From: a virus
IMG/VR virus record: IMGVR_UViG_3300025536_000003
Coordinates: 1 to 59,270 of that record
DNA length: 59,270 bases
Reading direction: 5' to 3' (one strand)
Part shown: one piece after another, positions 1 to 9,450 of the stretch
How positions within the stretch are numbered: position 1 is the stretch's first letter
Layout: every line of letters starts with the position of its first letter
Notes under the pieces: model-generated
Seen by the model: only the letters and a program-made list of their open reading frames with translations
The model's database searches: none
What the model was told of the DNA's origin: nothing
Translations under genes and position numbers: made by a program

Positions 1-127
1 GAACAGCGGGCCGTTCGCGGTGTCGGTGACGGAGAGCCAGCGATAGGTGTCGCGGTTGTTGCGGGCGAACAGCATTGTGCCGGTGTCGGTTTCCTTCGAC
101 TCGATGGTCTGGAAGAACTCATCATAC
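1..127. repeat. Terminal overlap, copy A (identical to 59144-59270)
   Basis: Exact 127-nt identity between window start and end. The length is typical of a k-mer overlap on a circular contig. Confidence 0.9.
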
Positions 128-3100
128 GCCGCGCGAATGGCCGGGATCTCGTCCGCTGTCGGGTATGGATACGTGCCCTCTTTCTCCAGCAGCAGCGCCG
201 TAGCGGCGTTCCAGTAGTCCTCCGACACAATGTTCGCGAGGTAGTCGTTGGACTGATTCTGATCCTGCAGTTTGCCGATGACGTACGCCTCGAAGGCACG
301 AGCCGTCATCTCGGTGCCGGTGCTCCAGTAGGCTTTGATGCGCGAACCATCCAGTTTCTTCGAGCGCTGCAGCAGCGCCGCGTGATTGACGGCGCGTGCG
401 ACCTTGGCGAATGCCTCGACCATTTCGGGGCGGATGCTGTCATCGCCGGGAAACTTCAGGCGCGGGCGCTCCGTCAGGAACTGATCCCGCTCACCTCGAA
501 GCCGCGAAAAGTAGTTGTCGAGCGAATGCCACCATTCATGCGCGAGGCTGCCAGCACCCGCGCCCTTGGTCAGGTTGATGACGATCTCGCCACGTTCGTA
601 GTGGGCTGACGCACTTCCGCCACCGGCTCCTTTGCCACCCTTGCCGCGCGCGCCGAAGGCCAGACCGAGTTCGCCATTCAGTGATAGGGAACGTGGCGGG
701 ATGCCGAGCACGCCGGCCATGTCGAGCAGCGCGTCGTAGGCGTTGTTCAAGTCCTGTTGCCGACGATTGCCCTCGACGTAGTTGCCGAACTGGACGCCGC
801 GGAAGCCGAACGCATCCTGGAATTGTTCCGGTGTGACATCGGCACCGTTGCGGTGATCAGCACCGACACGGGGCGAATTGGACTCCTTGCGCTCAGATGG
901 GATCTCCTTGTGCTTGGCCAGCAGTTGCTCAAGCTCGGCCTGATGGTCCTTCAGGTACTCGCGGGCTTCCTTCACGCTGTCGAAGGTTTTCAGATCGACA
1001 TGGTTCTTGCCGATCTTTTTGCCGATGATGGCCTTCTTCGGATCCGTCCTGCGGGAGTAGATCTCGAAAGAGACTTGCCGGCTGGCGGGCGGGTTGACGT
1101 CGAGCGTGCTGATACGCTTCTTGAATGCCTCGATCGCAGCCTCTCGGGTGTCGGCGCTGGCCAGGGTGCGCGGCCAATTGCTGAACGCAGTCGCCTTGGC
1201 TTGCTGCTCGACGGTCCAGATGACTTTCGGCGGGTCGTACTTCTTGCCCTCGTAGAGCTGGTACTTGCCTTCGACGACACGTACGCCCCTCAGAGATTTG
1301 GCGTGACCAACGGCCTCGTAGAGTTCGATGCGTCCGCCCAGTTCACGGGCCAGCGTGAAGTATTTCGCCTTCCTCAGTTCCTCGCGCATGCGCTCGACGG
1401 AGATATTGCCAGTCAGCAGGTCGTCGGAGAATTTCCGCAGTAGCTCGACCTGCTGGACCCATCCCTTCAGCTTCCAGGCTTTCTTCGGCTTGGTCGGGAT
1501 CTCGTCTCGAGCGGCGTGGACGAAGGCCACGGTCCAGGGATCGGCGCCTTCGTCGAGCAGTTGCTGATAGTCTGGTTCCGGCCAGGACTGCGACAGCGGC
1601 GCGCTTGCAATGTCAGCGCCGAGGGCTTCCTTCATCTTGTCCGCGTAGGCGGCAGCGTATTCCTTGCGTGCGCCCGCGATCTTCTCGCCGAAGTCTTCGA
1701 TCTTGCCGACTTCCGGTTTTGCCGCAACGGATGCGGCCGGCGCATTCGCGACGAGCTTCGCCTTGCCCTTCTCGCTGCCTTCGAGCATTTCCACTTCGTG
1801 GAACGTCTTGCCGGCGACGGTTTCGGTTTTGCCGGTGTAGCGAGCTTTGTCGCCCTTGAAGTAGGTCTCGTCGTCCGCGGTCTGGAATTTCGGCGCAACC
1901 GGCGCCAGCAAGTCCTGCTGACCCGCAGCAGCGGCCTCGTCGGCCACTCGGTCACTACCAGTCAGAGAAAAGCTGTCGCGCTGGTCATCGGCCTGCGCGC
2001 GCAGTTCCTGCTGCTGGCGGGCCTTCTCGGCGTCCTTCTTCTGCTGTTCCCGTGCGGCGAGGTCGGCTTCGGTATAGCCGTCTACTGCAAAGTCTTCGGT
2101 GCCTCGTGTGTCGGCTGGACTCGTCGTTTCGGGACGTGACCCTTCTTCCGGTTCTCCCGCAGCACGAGCAGGACTTGCATCGCGTCCGCGTTGACTGGCT
2201 TCTTCTTCGAGGAGTCGGATGGCTTCTTCATTGGAATACCCCTGCGTCGCGGCCAACTCCACGATGGTTTCGATGTCTTCTTCCGGCACGCCAGCTTCGC
2301 GCGCGCGCTCGGCGGCGTCAAGGATCTGCTCCTGACCCACTTCCGTCAGTGCGGCGTACTCCGCATCATCCAGTAACGGTTCGTAGGTCTCCGACGTCAT
2401 GGCCTGGCCACGCAGAGCGTTGCCCAAGGCTTCCAGCATGGGATTCTCGCCGTAGCCGTGTTCGTTCGAGACGGGATAGCGGAGATCGGACAGGTATTCC
2501 GACATGCCTTCAAGGGAACGGCCGTTGGTCGTGAAGACCCGCTTGATCTTCCAGCCGCGGCGATTGAATTCAGCCGGGTCGATCCCTGCTGCTGTAGCGG
2601 CTTCGCGGGAAATACCACCGGCCTTGGCTATCGCTGCCAGCAGGTCGTCCTTTTTCGGGTCGATGACGGACTCTTTCTTGTGCCGTTGGGAGGCGGCGAG
2701 AGCTCGTAGACGAGCCATTTCGGCACGATTGTCTGCAGCGGAACTCGGTGCCGCGGCAGCCGGTTTCTTCGTCCGCTTGCCGTCGGCGAGCCACGCCTGG
2801 AACTCGTCCTGCGTCATCTCGGTGATACCGCCGAGTCCTTTCCAGCCCTTCGTGTAATTCTCGAGGTAACCGGCGCGCGCAGCCTTTTCACTGCGGAAGC
2901 CGAGCATTACTTTATGTTCGTCCAGCGTGCCGTCCTTGTTGACCTGATCGACGACGAACACCGGGCCCGTCCAGTCATCGGCGGTACCGGGCTTGATGAA
3001 GACGTCGACCTGGTCGCCGTCCTTGCCCTCGGTGCGCTTGAAGTAGCCGTAGTGGCTCTTGAGTTCCGGCCACTTGGGTTGACGGCGGCTGCCGGCGGGG

Positions 3101-4929
3101 TTCTCGATGGCGACGTCCAGGCCGGCAACGCGGACATGACCCTTCTTGTAGTTGCCTTCTTCCTTCTGGGCCTCGGTCGGTTCGGGGCGATCGTTCAGCG
3201 GGCTGGTGGCGGCTTCGTGTGCCGCGGTGTCGACAGTACGCGCAACAGCCTTGTCATCGATGGCCATGTTCTTCGGCACATCGATGCCTTTCGTGAAGCC
3301 ACTGGGCACACGGACGAGATCCTCCCGGCCACGCTCACGGCGCTGGGCGATCTGCAATTCGGCCTGGGTCAGTTCGCGGGCATTGCCTTGACTGTCGACC
3401 CGGAACACACCGGTCTTCTGCGGGGGCGGAAGCATGGCCTGCAACGGTGCAGGAGCAGCAGGGATGGACTCCAGGAAGGTTTCGCGGACTGTGACATTGC
3501 TGGCGGGCTTCTCGGGCGCGGGCTCTTCTTCGGCCAAAGGTGCGGGTTCGACGACTTCGACCGGCCAGTCGGCGAACTTGACGTCGATATTGGCTGGCGG
3601 TGGGGCTTGGTCGAGCGCGGTCTGCAGTTCTTCGGCCGCGATGGCGGGACCGCTACGGTCGTCCGGTGGCGGTGGCGCGGCTTCAATGGTCTCGACCTCG
3701 AGTTCGGTCGGCTCGCCTTCGACGGGTTCTGCGGTTGCCTCACCGATGAGTTCGTCGACGGTGGGCTCGGCGGCAGGATCGGCTACGGGTGCAGGAGGTG
3801 GCGCAGCGGGCTTGTCCTTGCGCGCGCCCATCCCGATTGCCGCCAGTTCGAAGGGTGCGGTGACGCCTTCGCCGGCAATCTCCGCGACGACCTCACCGGG
3901 TTTGGTGATCTCACCCTTCTCGTAGATCTGCGCCAGGGCTTCACCGCCACCGCCGCCGGCCATCTGCGCCAGCATCTGGATGACGCCATCGAGTACAGGT
4001 TTGCCGGGTGTCAGGGTCTTGCTGGCGATCCCAGCAGTCAGTGCATCGACAGCACCAATGATGGCGCCGCGACCGATCCCGGCCTTCGAGGCGCGGTTGA
4101 TGACTTCCGGGTCGCGGAGCTTCCCGAGCACGGCCTGAGGATCGTTGGCCTGGGGGCCGAGTTCTTCCTGGATGTTTTCCAGGAAACCCAAGGTGCCCTC
4201 GATGGTGGCCGAGCTGCCGCCTATTCCAAGGGCTGCGGCGACTGGACCAAGCGGACCGAATGCCAGAGCCGGGGCTGAAATGATCGCACTCTGTGCGCCG
4301 AATCCTGTGACAGCACCGACGGGATCTTGCATGGCACGACCGAACGCATCGCCGAACGACTCGGCCTCACCAATCTCGCGCGTGATCGGTGATCTCGGCT
4401 GCTCGGCCATGAACTGGCTTTGCTGGGTGATGTCTTTGGCGGACTGCTGAAGACCTTGATCGGCTTTCTCTGCGATGGCCGCCCGTCGCTCAGGGCTCAG
4501 CGGATCGGTGGTGTTCTTGGCGTAGTCGGCTTGAGCCGCGCTGGCGAGTGCTGACAGGACGTTGCCGCCCTGCTCGACCAGGCCGTAGCCGACACCGAAG
4601 TCGTCACGGAGACGCTGCAGGAAGGGGACTTCCTTGTTGTAGGCGTCGACCTCGCGGCCGATCCGATCGGTTTCCGACTCGATGCGCGCCCAGCTTTCCG
4701 GTGCATGGGGTTTGCCACCACGGTACTGCCAGACGCTACCACCGGAGCCGCGTTTCGTTTCACCGAGCTTCGGTGCCAGGATGGATTGCGTGATGTTGAG
4801 CTTGTCGCGTAGACGGGCTTCTGAGCGGGTCAGCGGAGACGGTGCGCCGAAGACTTCTTCGTCAGACAGCTTGCGCGGCGATGCAGTGGCAGGCTGCGCG
4901 CCAAACACCTCGGCGTCGGAGTAGATCAT
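1..4929 (-). CDS. Giant polyvalent virion/ejection protein, 5' part (1,643 codons). It continues across the circular junction into 59143..55679. The whole gene is 8,394 nt (2,797 aa).
   Basis: The minus-strand frame (plus triplets 1-3, 4-6, ...) has no TTA/CTA/TCA from nt 1 to 4929. The ATG at 4929-4927 overlaps the upstream stop as ATGA. It is absent from the track only because no stop lies inside the window. The codon phase matches ORF 55679..59218. Motifs: GNYKKGH (3136-3156), DGDQVDV (3001-3021), zincin HEWWH (526-540). Confidence 0.85.
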   Translation of the reverse strand, partial: MIYSDAEVFGAQPATASPRKLSDEEVFGAPSPLTRSEARLRDKLNITQSILAPKLGETKRGSGGSVWQYRGGKPHAPESWARIESETDRIGREVDAYNKEVPFLQRLRDDFGVGYGLVEQGGNVLSALASAAQADYAKNTTDPLSPERRAAIAEKADQGLQQSAKDITQQSQFMAEQPRSPITREIGEAESFGDAFGRAMQDPVGAVTGFGAQSAIISAPALAFGPLGPVAAALGIGGSSATIEGTLGFLENIQEELGPQANDPQAVLGKLRDPEVINRASKAGIGRGAIIGAVDALTAGIASKTLTPGKPVLDGVIQMLAQMAGGGGGEALAQIYEKGEITKPGEVVAEIAGEGVTAPFELAAIGMGARKDKPAAPPPAPVADPAAEPTVDELIGEATAEPVEGEPTELEVETIEAAPPPPDDRSGPAIAAEELQTALDQAPPPANIDVKFADWPVEVVEPAPLAEEEPAPEKPASNVTVRETFLESIPAAPAPLQAMLPPPQKTGVFRVDSQGNARELTQAELQIAQRRERGREDLVRVPSGFTKGIDVPKNMAIDDKAVARTVDTAAHEAATSPLNDRPEPTEAQKEEGNYKKGHVRVAGLDVAIENPAGSRRQPKWPELKSHYGYFKRTEGKDGDQVDVFIKPGTADDWTGPVFVVDQVNKDGTLDEHKVMLGFRSEKAARAGYLENYTKGWKGLGGITEMTQDEFQAWLADGKRTKKPAAAAPSSAADNRAEMARLRALAASQRHKKESVIDPKKDDLLAAIAKAGGISREAATAAGIDPAEFNRRGWKIKRVFTTNGRSLEGMSEYLSDLRYPVSNEHGYGENPMLEALGNALRGQAMTSETYEPLLDDAEYAALTEVGQEQILDAAERAREAGVPEEDIETIVELAATQGYSNEEAIRLLEEEASQRGRDASPARAAGEPEEGSRPETTSPADTRGTEDFAVDGYTEADLAAREQQKKDAEKARQQQELRAQADDQRDSFSLTGSDRVADEAAAAGQQDLLAPVAPKFQTADDETYFKGDKARYTGKTETVAGKTFHEVEMLEGSEKGKAKLVANAPAASVAAKPEVGKIEDFGEKIAGARKEYAAAYADKMKEALGADIASAPLSQSWPEPDYQQLLDEGADPWTVAFVHAARDEIPTKPKKAWKLKGWVQQVELLRKFSDDLLTGNISVERMREELRKAKYFTLARELGGRIELYEAVGHAKSLRGVRVVEGKYQLYEGKKYDPPKVIWTVEQQAKATAFSNWPRTLASADTREAAIEAFKKRISTLDVNPPASRQVSFEIYSRRTDPKKAIIGKKIGKNHVDLKTFDSVKEAREYLKDHQAELEQLLAKHKEIPSERKESNSPRVGADHRNGADVTPEQFQDAFGFRGVQFGNYVEGNRRQQDLNNAYDALLDMAGVLGIPPRSLSLNGELGLAFGARGKGGKGAGGGSASAHYERGEIVINLTKGAGAGSLAHEWWHSLDNYFSRLRGERDQFLTERPRLKFPGDDSIRPEMVEAFAKVARAVNHAALLQRSKKLDGSRIKAYWSTGTEMTARAFEAYVIGKLQDQNQSNDYLANIVSEDYWNAATALLLEKEGTYPYPTADEIPAIRAAYDEFFQTIESKETDTGTMLFARNNRDTYRWLSVTDTANGPLF

Positions 4930-6005
4930 TCGTCAGACCAGCCGTCACCGACCCAGCGCAGAGGGCCTTTCGGGGTCTGATACATCGTGCCGCTGACGCG
5001 CTCGTTGACGGGCGGGGCTGGTGGTACGGCGGTCGGCGCGCCCTGCTCGATGACACCAAGCCATTCGTTGTAGAAGTCCTGGAGCGGGCGGTAGTTGGGA
5101 TCGCCCGGGCTTACCATGGCGGCCTTCTGCGCATCGAATTCCGCGCGCGCCATCTGCCCCGCTGCGACCGTCGGGTTCTGCACCGCTTCATTGGCCTTCT
5201 TCCACGCTTTCGCAGGGTCTGTTTCAATGCCTTGTGCGATAAAATATTCCATCAACTGCACCTTGGCCGGCTGCGTTTCCGACGGCGGCCGGGTGATGGG
5301 TTCGACTTTTCCATCAGAGCTGATGCGATAGGTGCCGCCATCAGGGAGTCCCATGGCCTTGGCCTGCTCGGCACTAAGCACGCCGTAGGTGGCTCGGGTG
5401 CTCGGGGTTTCCAGGGTCCAGTCGTCCTTCTTCGGACTGTAGAGCGCGGTACGTCCATCGATGTTCTCGACCGTGGGACGGGAGCGGTTCTTCAGCGCTT
5501 CACGGCCTTCGGCGATCCAGGCTTCGTCGTACTCTGTCGGCACTTCGGACGTGTCCATGTCAGCGGCTTTGGCGACCTTCTCCAAACGTTTCCGCCAAGC
5601 CCCCCAGGTCTGCGGCGTAACCGTGGTGACGCCTGACAATACTTCTTCGTACGCACCCGCCATTTCGATGTCGCCCAGCACGTTCTTGCGCTCGCGATCC
5701 GTTCTCTGATAACCACGGTCTTCACGCTGCCAGTCCCGCTGTTCGCCTTGAAAGGCGCGGTCTTCTTCGGCCAGCGCCATCTGGCGAAGCTGAAGGGCGG
5801 TCTTCGGATCACCGCCGGCTTGCAGATACTGAGTCGCCGCGGTGTCGTAGTCCGCACCAGAGGCGAGGATCTGCCCCAACTGGTTCTGGCTCTGAATACC
5901 ACGCAGCGATTCCATGGCCTGCAGATCGGACAGCATGTTCTGCCGTTCCGCCCGAGGATCGGGCTGCATCTGCATGAACATGTTCGAGACTTGCGTCGGG
6001 TTCAT
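4926..6005 (-). CDS. Hypothetical protein, candidate internal/ejection protein (359 aa)
   Basis: Long ORF with high third-position GC, ATGA-coupled to the giant gene. Its position matches the ejection proteins of P22-like phages. No catalytic motif recognised. Confidence 0.65.
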   Translation of the reverse strand: MNPTQVSNMFMQMQPDPRAERQNMLSDLQAMESLRGIQSQNQLGQILASGADYDTAATQYLQAGGDPKTALQLRQMALAEEDRAFQGEQRDWQREDRGYQRTDRERKNVLGDIEMAGAYEEVLSGVTTVTPQTWGAWRKRLEKVAKAADMDTSEVPTEYDEAWIAEGREALKNRSRPTVENIDGRTALYSPKKDDWTLETPSTRATYGVLSAEQAKAMGLPDGGTYRISSDGKVEPITRPPSETQPAKVQLMEYFIAQGIETDPAKAWKKANEAVQNPTVAAGQMARAEFDAQKAAMVSPGDPNYRPLQDFYNEWLGVIEQGAPTAVPPAPPVNERVSGTMYQTPKGPLRWVGDGWSDE

Positions 6006-6251
6006 GGTCGGTCGTCCTCGTCCAAGGGCTCAATTGCCTAGGAAACTCGATTAACTAATTGAATTTATAACCATTAATCAACTCACGTCACCGTAAATTA
6101 ACCGGCTAATTTACGCTTCGGCGCTTGACCGGATGCCATCCTCGCTAGCACGAGAAAGCGACATGCGCTAAGCGCGTGTCGTGTTTTCTGAAAGCACCCC
6201 GAATTAGATCGCGAAATCGCAATTTAATTTGAGGTGCTTGACAGGCGCCGA

Positions 6252-7013
6252 TTACCAGACCGGAGTCGAAGTGGAATATTGCTGCTGCGGCTGCCGAGAC
6301 AGACTCTGCAGGTAGTTGGCGTAGGCGTCACGCAAGGGATCGGGCTTGTACGAATCCACGATATTCCCGACCGCATTGGTCCACAGTGCACTACTTCCAG
6401 CGCCGGCATCCGCCGCTGAATTGACCCCGGCTCCTGTAGCCCCGGCCGCACCAATGCCATATCCCCCTACCATGTCAGCGGTCCGGCTGCCGGCATTGGC
6501 AAGAATGGAATTGCCTTCTCGACCGTAACCGGCCAGGGTCTGCAACTGATTGGTCCAGTCTTGAAAGGCGGGACGGGCCAGGTTTCCTGATGTCCAGTCC
6601 GTGAGGGCCTTCATGACGCGGCCGTTGTTCGTACCACCCGCCCCTCGAGATCGGCTGGAATACTGGTTCTCCCATGCCTTCATGCCTTCATCGAGGGCGA
6701 ACTGGTAGCCGGGTAGGTTGGTCAGGTAGTTGCTGACCTGGTTCGGTTTCAGTTTCCCGGGTGTCGCGATCTTCTCCAGCCAGCCGAGCGCGTTGGTGCC
6801 GGCCTTTCTCCAGGGCTCGTAGTCGGACCGGGTCGTCTCGAAGCGGTCTTGTGCCAGCTCGGCGGCGCGGTCATTGGCCTGTGCGATGAGCGCGGCGGCT
6901 TCCTGTTCCGCCTTGCCCTTCTTCTTCGTTGCTTTGGACCCGACGTAGGCCGTCGCCAATGGCACGGCCACCTTGGTGCCGAAGTCCCAGAGTTTGCCCC
7001 AATCGAATGCCAT
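6252..7013 (-). CDS. Hypothetical virion protein (253 aa), Gly/Ala-rich
   Basis: ORF in the late operon with an N-terminal hydrophobic stretch and a GGYGIGAAGATGAGV segment. Confidence 0.65.
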   Translation of the reverse strand: MAFDWGKLWDFGTKVAVPLATAYVGSKATKKKGKAEQEAAALIAQANDRAAELAQDRFETTRSDYEPWRKAGTNALGWLEKIATPGKLKPNQVSNYLTNLPGYQFALDEGMKAWENQYSSRSRGAGGTNNGRVMKALTDWTSGNLARPAFQDWTNQLQTLAGYGREGNSILANAGSRTADMVGGYGIGAAGATGAGVNSAADAGAGSSALWTNAVGNIVDSYKPDPLRDAYANYLQSLSRQPQQQYSTSTPVW

Positions 7014-7016
7014 GGC

Positions 7017-7412
7017 TTATCTCCTGATCGCGGCGACCAGATAGGTCTCCGAGGTTGGGTCGATGCCGGACCCGGTGGTGTTCATGAAAGTGATTGCAAG
7101 CTCGTCGACATCCGAGGCGCGGACACCGACGATCCCGAGTCCAGCCTGATGCGTCGGTTTATTCACGTAGACGATGTCCGTCACGGCCAGCCCCACGACC
7201 GTGAAGGTCTGCTCGCTGGTCGTGTTGGCGTTCACTGTGGTCGGGTTAATCGTGATCTCGGTCGTGTTGATCTTCGCCGTCGCATCGGTGAGGCGCTGTA
7301 ACCATTTGTCCAGGGTTTCCATGAAGCGGGCGAACTGGCCCATGTTGGCCTTGCGCAAGTCTTCAAAACCGAGATCCGGTTTTGGCGGAGGCGATATTCC
7401 TTTCACGTTCAT
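7017..7412 (-). CDS. Hypothetical structural protein (131 aa)
   Basis: Start moved to ATG 7412 (MNVKGISPPP...), which overlaps the HNH stop as ATGA. The track start at 7475 would overlap the HNH gene by 67 nt. Confidence 0.6.
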   Translation of the reverse strand: MNVKGISPPPKPDLGFEDLRKANMGQFARFMETLDKWLQRLTDATAKINTTEITINPTTVNANTTSEQTFTVVGLAVTDIVYVNKPTHQAGLGIVGVRASDVDELAITFMNTTGSGIDPTSETYLVAAIRR

Positions 7413-8041
7413 AGCAGCTTGCCGCGGGTTTGCATAAAGTCCACTGGATGCTTTGCATGCTTCTGCATGTTGCATCGGCCATGCGTCAACTGAACATTGA
7501 AATCTTCGTTAGTGCCGCCTAATGACAAAGGAACGATGTGATCGAGGTGCTCGTCGCCGCAGAGCGGCTGGTAACAAATCGCGCAGCGCTCTTTCTGCAA
7601 TACTCTCAATCTCGGGATGATGCTGCCGCTGAGTGAACCGCCAACGAGTTTTGCGCGCTCTCGCCGACGTTGTTTATGTGCCCTCACAGCGTCAGGATTG
7701 GCTGCTTTCCATGCTTTCTTGGCTGCCGCCGCGCGTTCTTTGTTGCCGGCTTCCCACTCCCTGGACCGCGCATTTATTTTCTCGGCATTTTGCTTGTGAT
7801 ACTCGATTTTCCTTTCAGCAATGCGCTTTTTGTTTTTCTCTCTGTAGACTTTGTCCCTGGCGAGCGCGTGCTCTCGGTTGGCTTGGTACCATTCAGCCTG
7901 ACGCGCAAGCACTTCCTCTCTGCGTCGGTAGTAACGCTCCCGGCTTTGCTGCAATAGCTTTTCTTTATTGGCAAGGTGATACGCCGCAGCGTATTTCCGC
8001 TTCCGCTCCTTGCGTTCTTCCACTGTTAATTTCTTTCTCAT
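7409..8041 (-). CDS. HNH endonuclease (210 aa) inserted in the tail/ejection module
   Basis: C-terminal CAICYQPLCGDEHLDHIVPLSLGGTNEDFNVQLTHGRCNMQKH. Lys/Arg-rich helical N-terminus. Visibly lower GC than its neighbours. 4-nt overlaps on both sides. Confidence 0.85.
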   Translation of the reverse strand: MRKKLTVEERKERKRKYAAAYHLANKEKLLQQSRERYYRRREEVLARQAEWYQANREHALARDKVYREKNKKRIAERKIEYHKQNAEKINARSREWEAGNKERAAAAKKAWKAANPDAVRAHKQRRRERAKLVGGSLSGSIIPRLRVLQKERCAICYQPLCGDEHLDHIVPLSLGGTNEDFNVQLTHGRCNMQKHAKHPVDFMQTRGKLL

Positions 8042-9450
8042 GCTGCCAACACCGTGACGTCGGCGTAGGCCGCGATCAGGATGGCTTCAATGGGATCGGT
8101 GACAGCCAGTTCGAATCTGAAATCGTTCATCTGCCCCAGTCGGTACCAGATCGCTCTTCGGGTGTAATCGCCCAGGGCTCCCATCGGCTGCCAGAGTTCA
8201 TTGGACCAGGTGTTCCCGCCGTCGTAGCTGTACCGGAAAATGGCCTGTGGATCCGATCCCTGTCCATCCACCAGTCCCTTACCACGGGCGAATTCCACTT
8301 CGAACTCATTGACCTCGAATTGCAGCCCGTCCTTGTGCAGGACCGCTCCCCTTCTGACCCGTCGGATGGTCTGTCCGTCGTCGGTGTACTTGGTCGGATC
8401 CAGGGCATAGAGCTTGGCGTTCATGAAGTCGCCGACATAGTGCCGGCCGTTGAACCGTCCATACCCCCGGGAACGATGTCTGCCCATGCCGTGAGAGCTT
8501 CTGTCATGCCACTGACCTTGTTCGACGTGGTAGGTCAGCGTGAGATCCTCAGAGGGGAAGGTCAGCACGTAGAACGTCTGATCGGCTTCGGTATAGGCAT
8601 AACCTTCCGCATCGGCGATCGTCGTCATCCGGGACAGGGTGTAGGCGATGTCGGGATCGGCAATACGCTGAGCCTGAAACCCGTTGATCCGGAGTACCGT
8701 GATCCCACCACCTTCGACCTGGGCCAGCATGAAAATGTTGCCACCAGTCTTCGTGACACTGGCTGGCGCTGGTGTGCCGAATTCCAAGACACCATTGGCA
8801 TAGAGATCGAACGGGAACTGCGGATTGCCGGAGTTGTAGTAGACCTGGGTCGTCAGGGTTCCGATGATGTAGAGATCGCGGTAGGTCGTGACAATCGCAA
8901 CGGCATCATCGGGACTGGCTTCAGCACTGGCGAATTCCAAAGCATCCCAACTGGTCGGGTTTTCTGAGGCTGACTTGTTCCACTGATCCGTGTTCGCATC
9001 GAGGACGAGAAAGAAGCCGTCGAGATAGCCGCAGTAGGACGGATTGGCCGGGAAGTCGCCATCGCTGATCGCGGCGAAGGTCGTATCGTTCCACGTGTAT
9101 CCATCGCCACCATCGGTGATCATGAGATAAGTTCTGCCAGCGGCGAGGTAGCAGTAACCGGTATTCGTATTGAGCGAACCGACCGCAGACACGGATTCCG
9201 CGGTGGTCATCTTCATCAGCTCACTACCTGATACCCAGTAGGCCGCGCCAGCAAACTCGACGATGTTGGAACGAGTCGGGCCGTTACCAAACTCGATCCG
9301 GCGATCGAGTCCCGGGGTCGGTAACATGGTCAGCACGCTCTTGGCCCCATCCCCTTCCAGAGACGGATACCAGTTGATGCTGCGTTGACTGTTGACCTGA
9401 ATGGCGCGGTCGCTTTGACGCGCACCGGAGAGCGGCAGGGAGACGCGCAT
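8038..9450 (-). CDS. Tail hub / DNA-stabilisation protein, P22 gp10-like (470 aa)
   Basis: Size and position are like P22 gp10. The N-terminal ...SINWYPSLEG... and propeller-like repeats are recalled from the phage stabilisation protein family; this was not searched. Confidence 0.5.
   Translation of the reverse strand: MRVSLPLSGARQSDRAIQVNSQRSINWYPSLEGDGAKSVLTMLPTPGLDRRIEFGNGPTRSNIVEFAGAAYWVSGSELMKMTTAESVSAVGSLNTNTGYCYLAAGRTYLMITDGGDGYTWNDTTFAAISDGDFPANPSYCGYLDGFFLVLDANTDQWNKSASENPTSWDALEFASAEASPDDAVAIVTTYRDLYIIGTLTTQVYYNSGNPQFPFDLYANGVLEFGTPAPASVTKTGGNIFMLAQVEGGGITVLRINGFQAQRIADPDIAYTLSRMTTIADAEGYAYTEADQTFYVLTFPSEDLTLTYHVEQGQWHDRSSHGMGRHRSRGYGRFNGRHYVGDFMNAKLYALDPTKYTDDGQTIRRVRRGAVLHKDGLQFEVNEFEVEFARGKGLVDGQGSDPQAIFRYSYDGGNTWSNELWQPMGALGDYTRRAIWYRLGQMNDFRFELAVTDPIEAILIAAYADVTVLAA

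Noticed and set aside
1-127. The 127-nt end duplication as a biological direct terminal repeat
   Set aside because: It falls in mid-codon inside a giant ORF, and its length equals a common assembler k-mer. A P22-type terminase also suggests headful packaging. A true DTR cannot be fully excluded without reads.
757-4278. Long plus-strand ORFs in the track (757..1443, 1516..2139, 2914..4278, 3434..3925 and others)
   Set aside because: They lie antisense to a continuous minus-strand frame that yields recognisable motifs (HEWWH, GNYKKGH/DGDQVDV). Their translations are Arg/Gly/Ala-rich low-complexity sequence typical of shadow ORFs in high-GC DNA.
7633-8967. 444-aa plus-strand ORF
   Set aside because: It lies antisense to the HNH gene and the gp10-like gene. 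Its sequence is low-complexity, and it crosses a gene boundary on the other strand.
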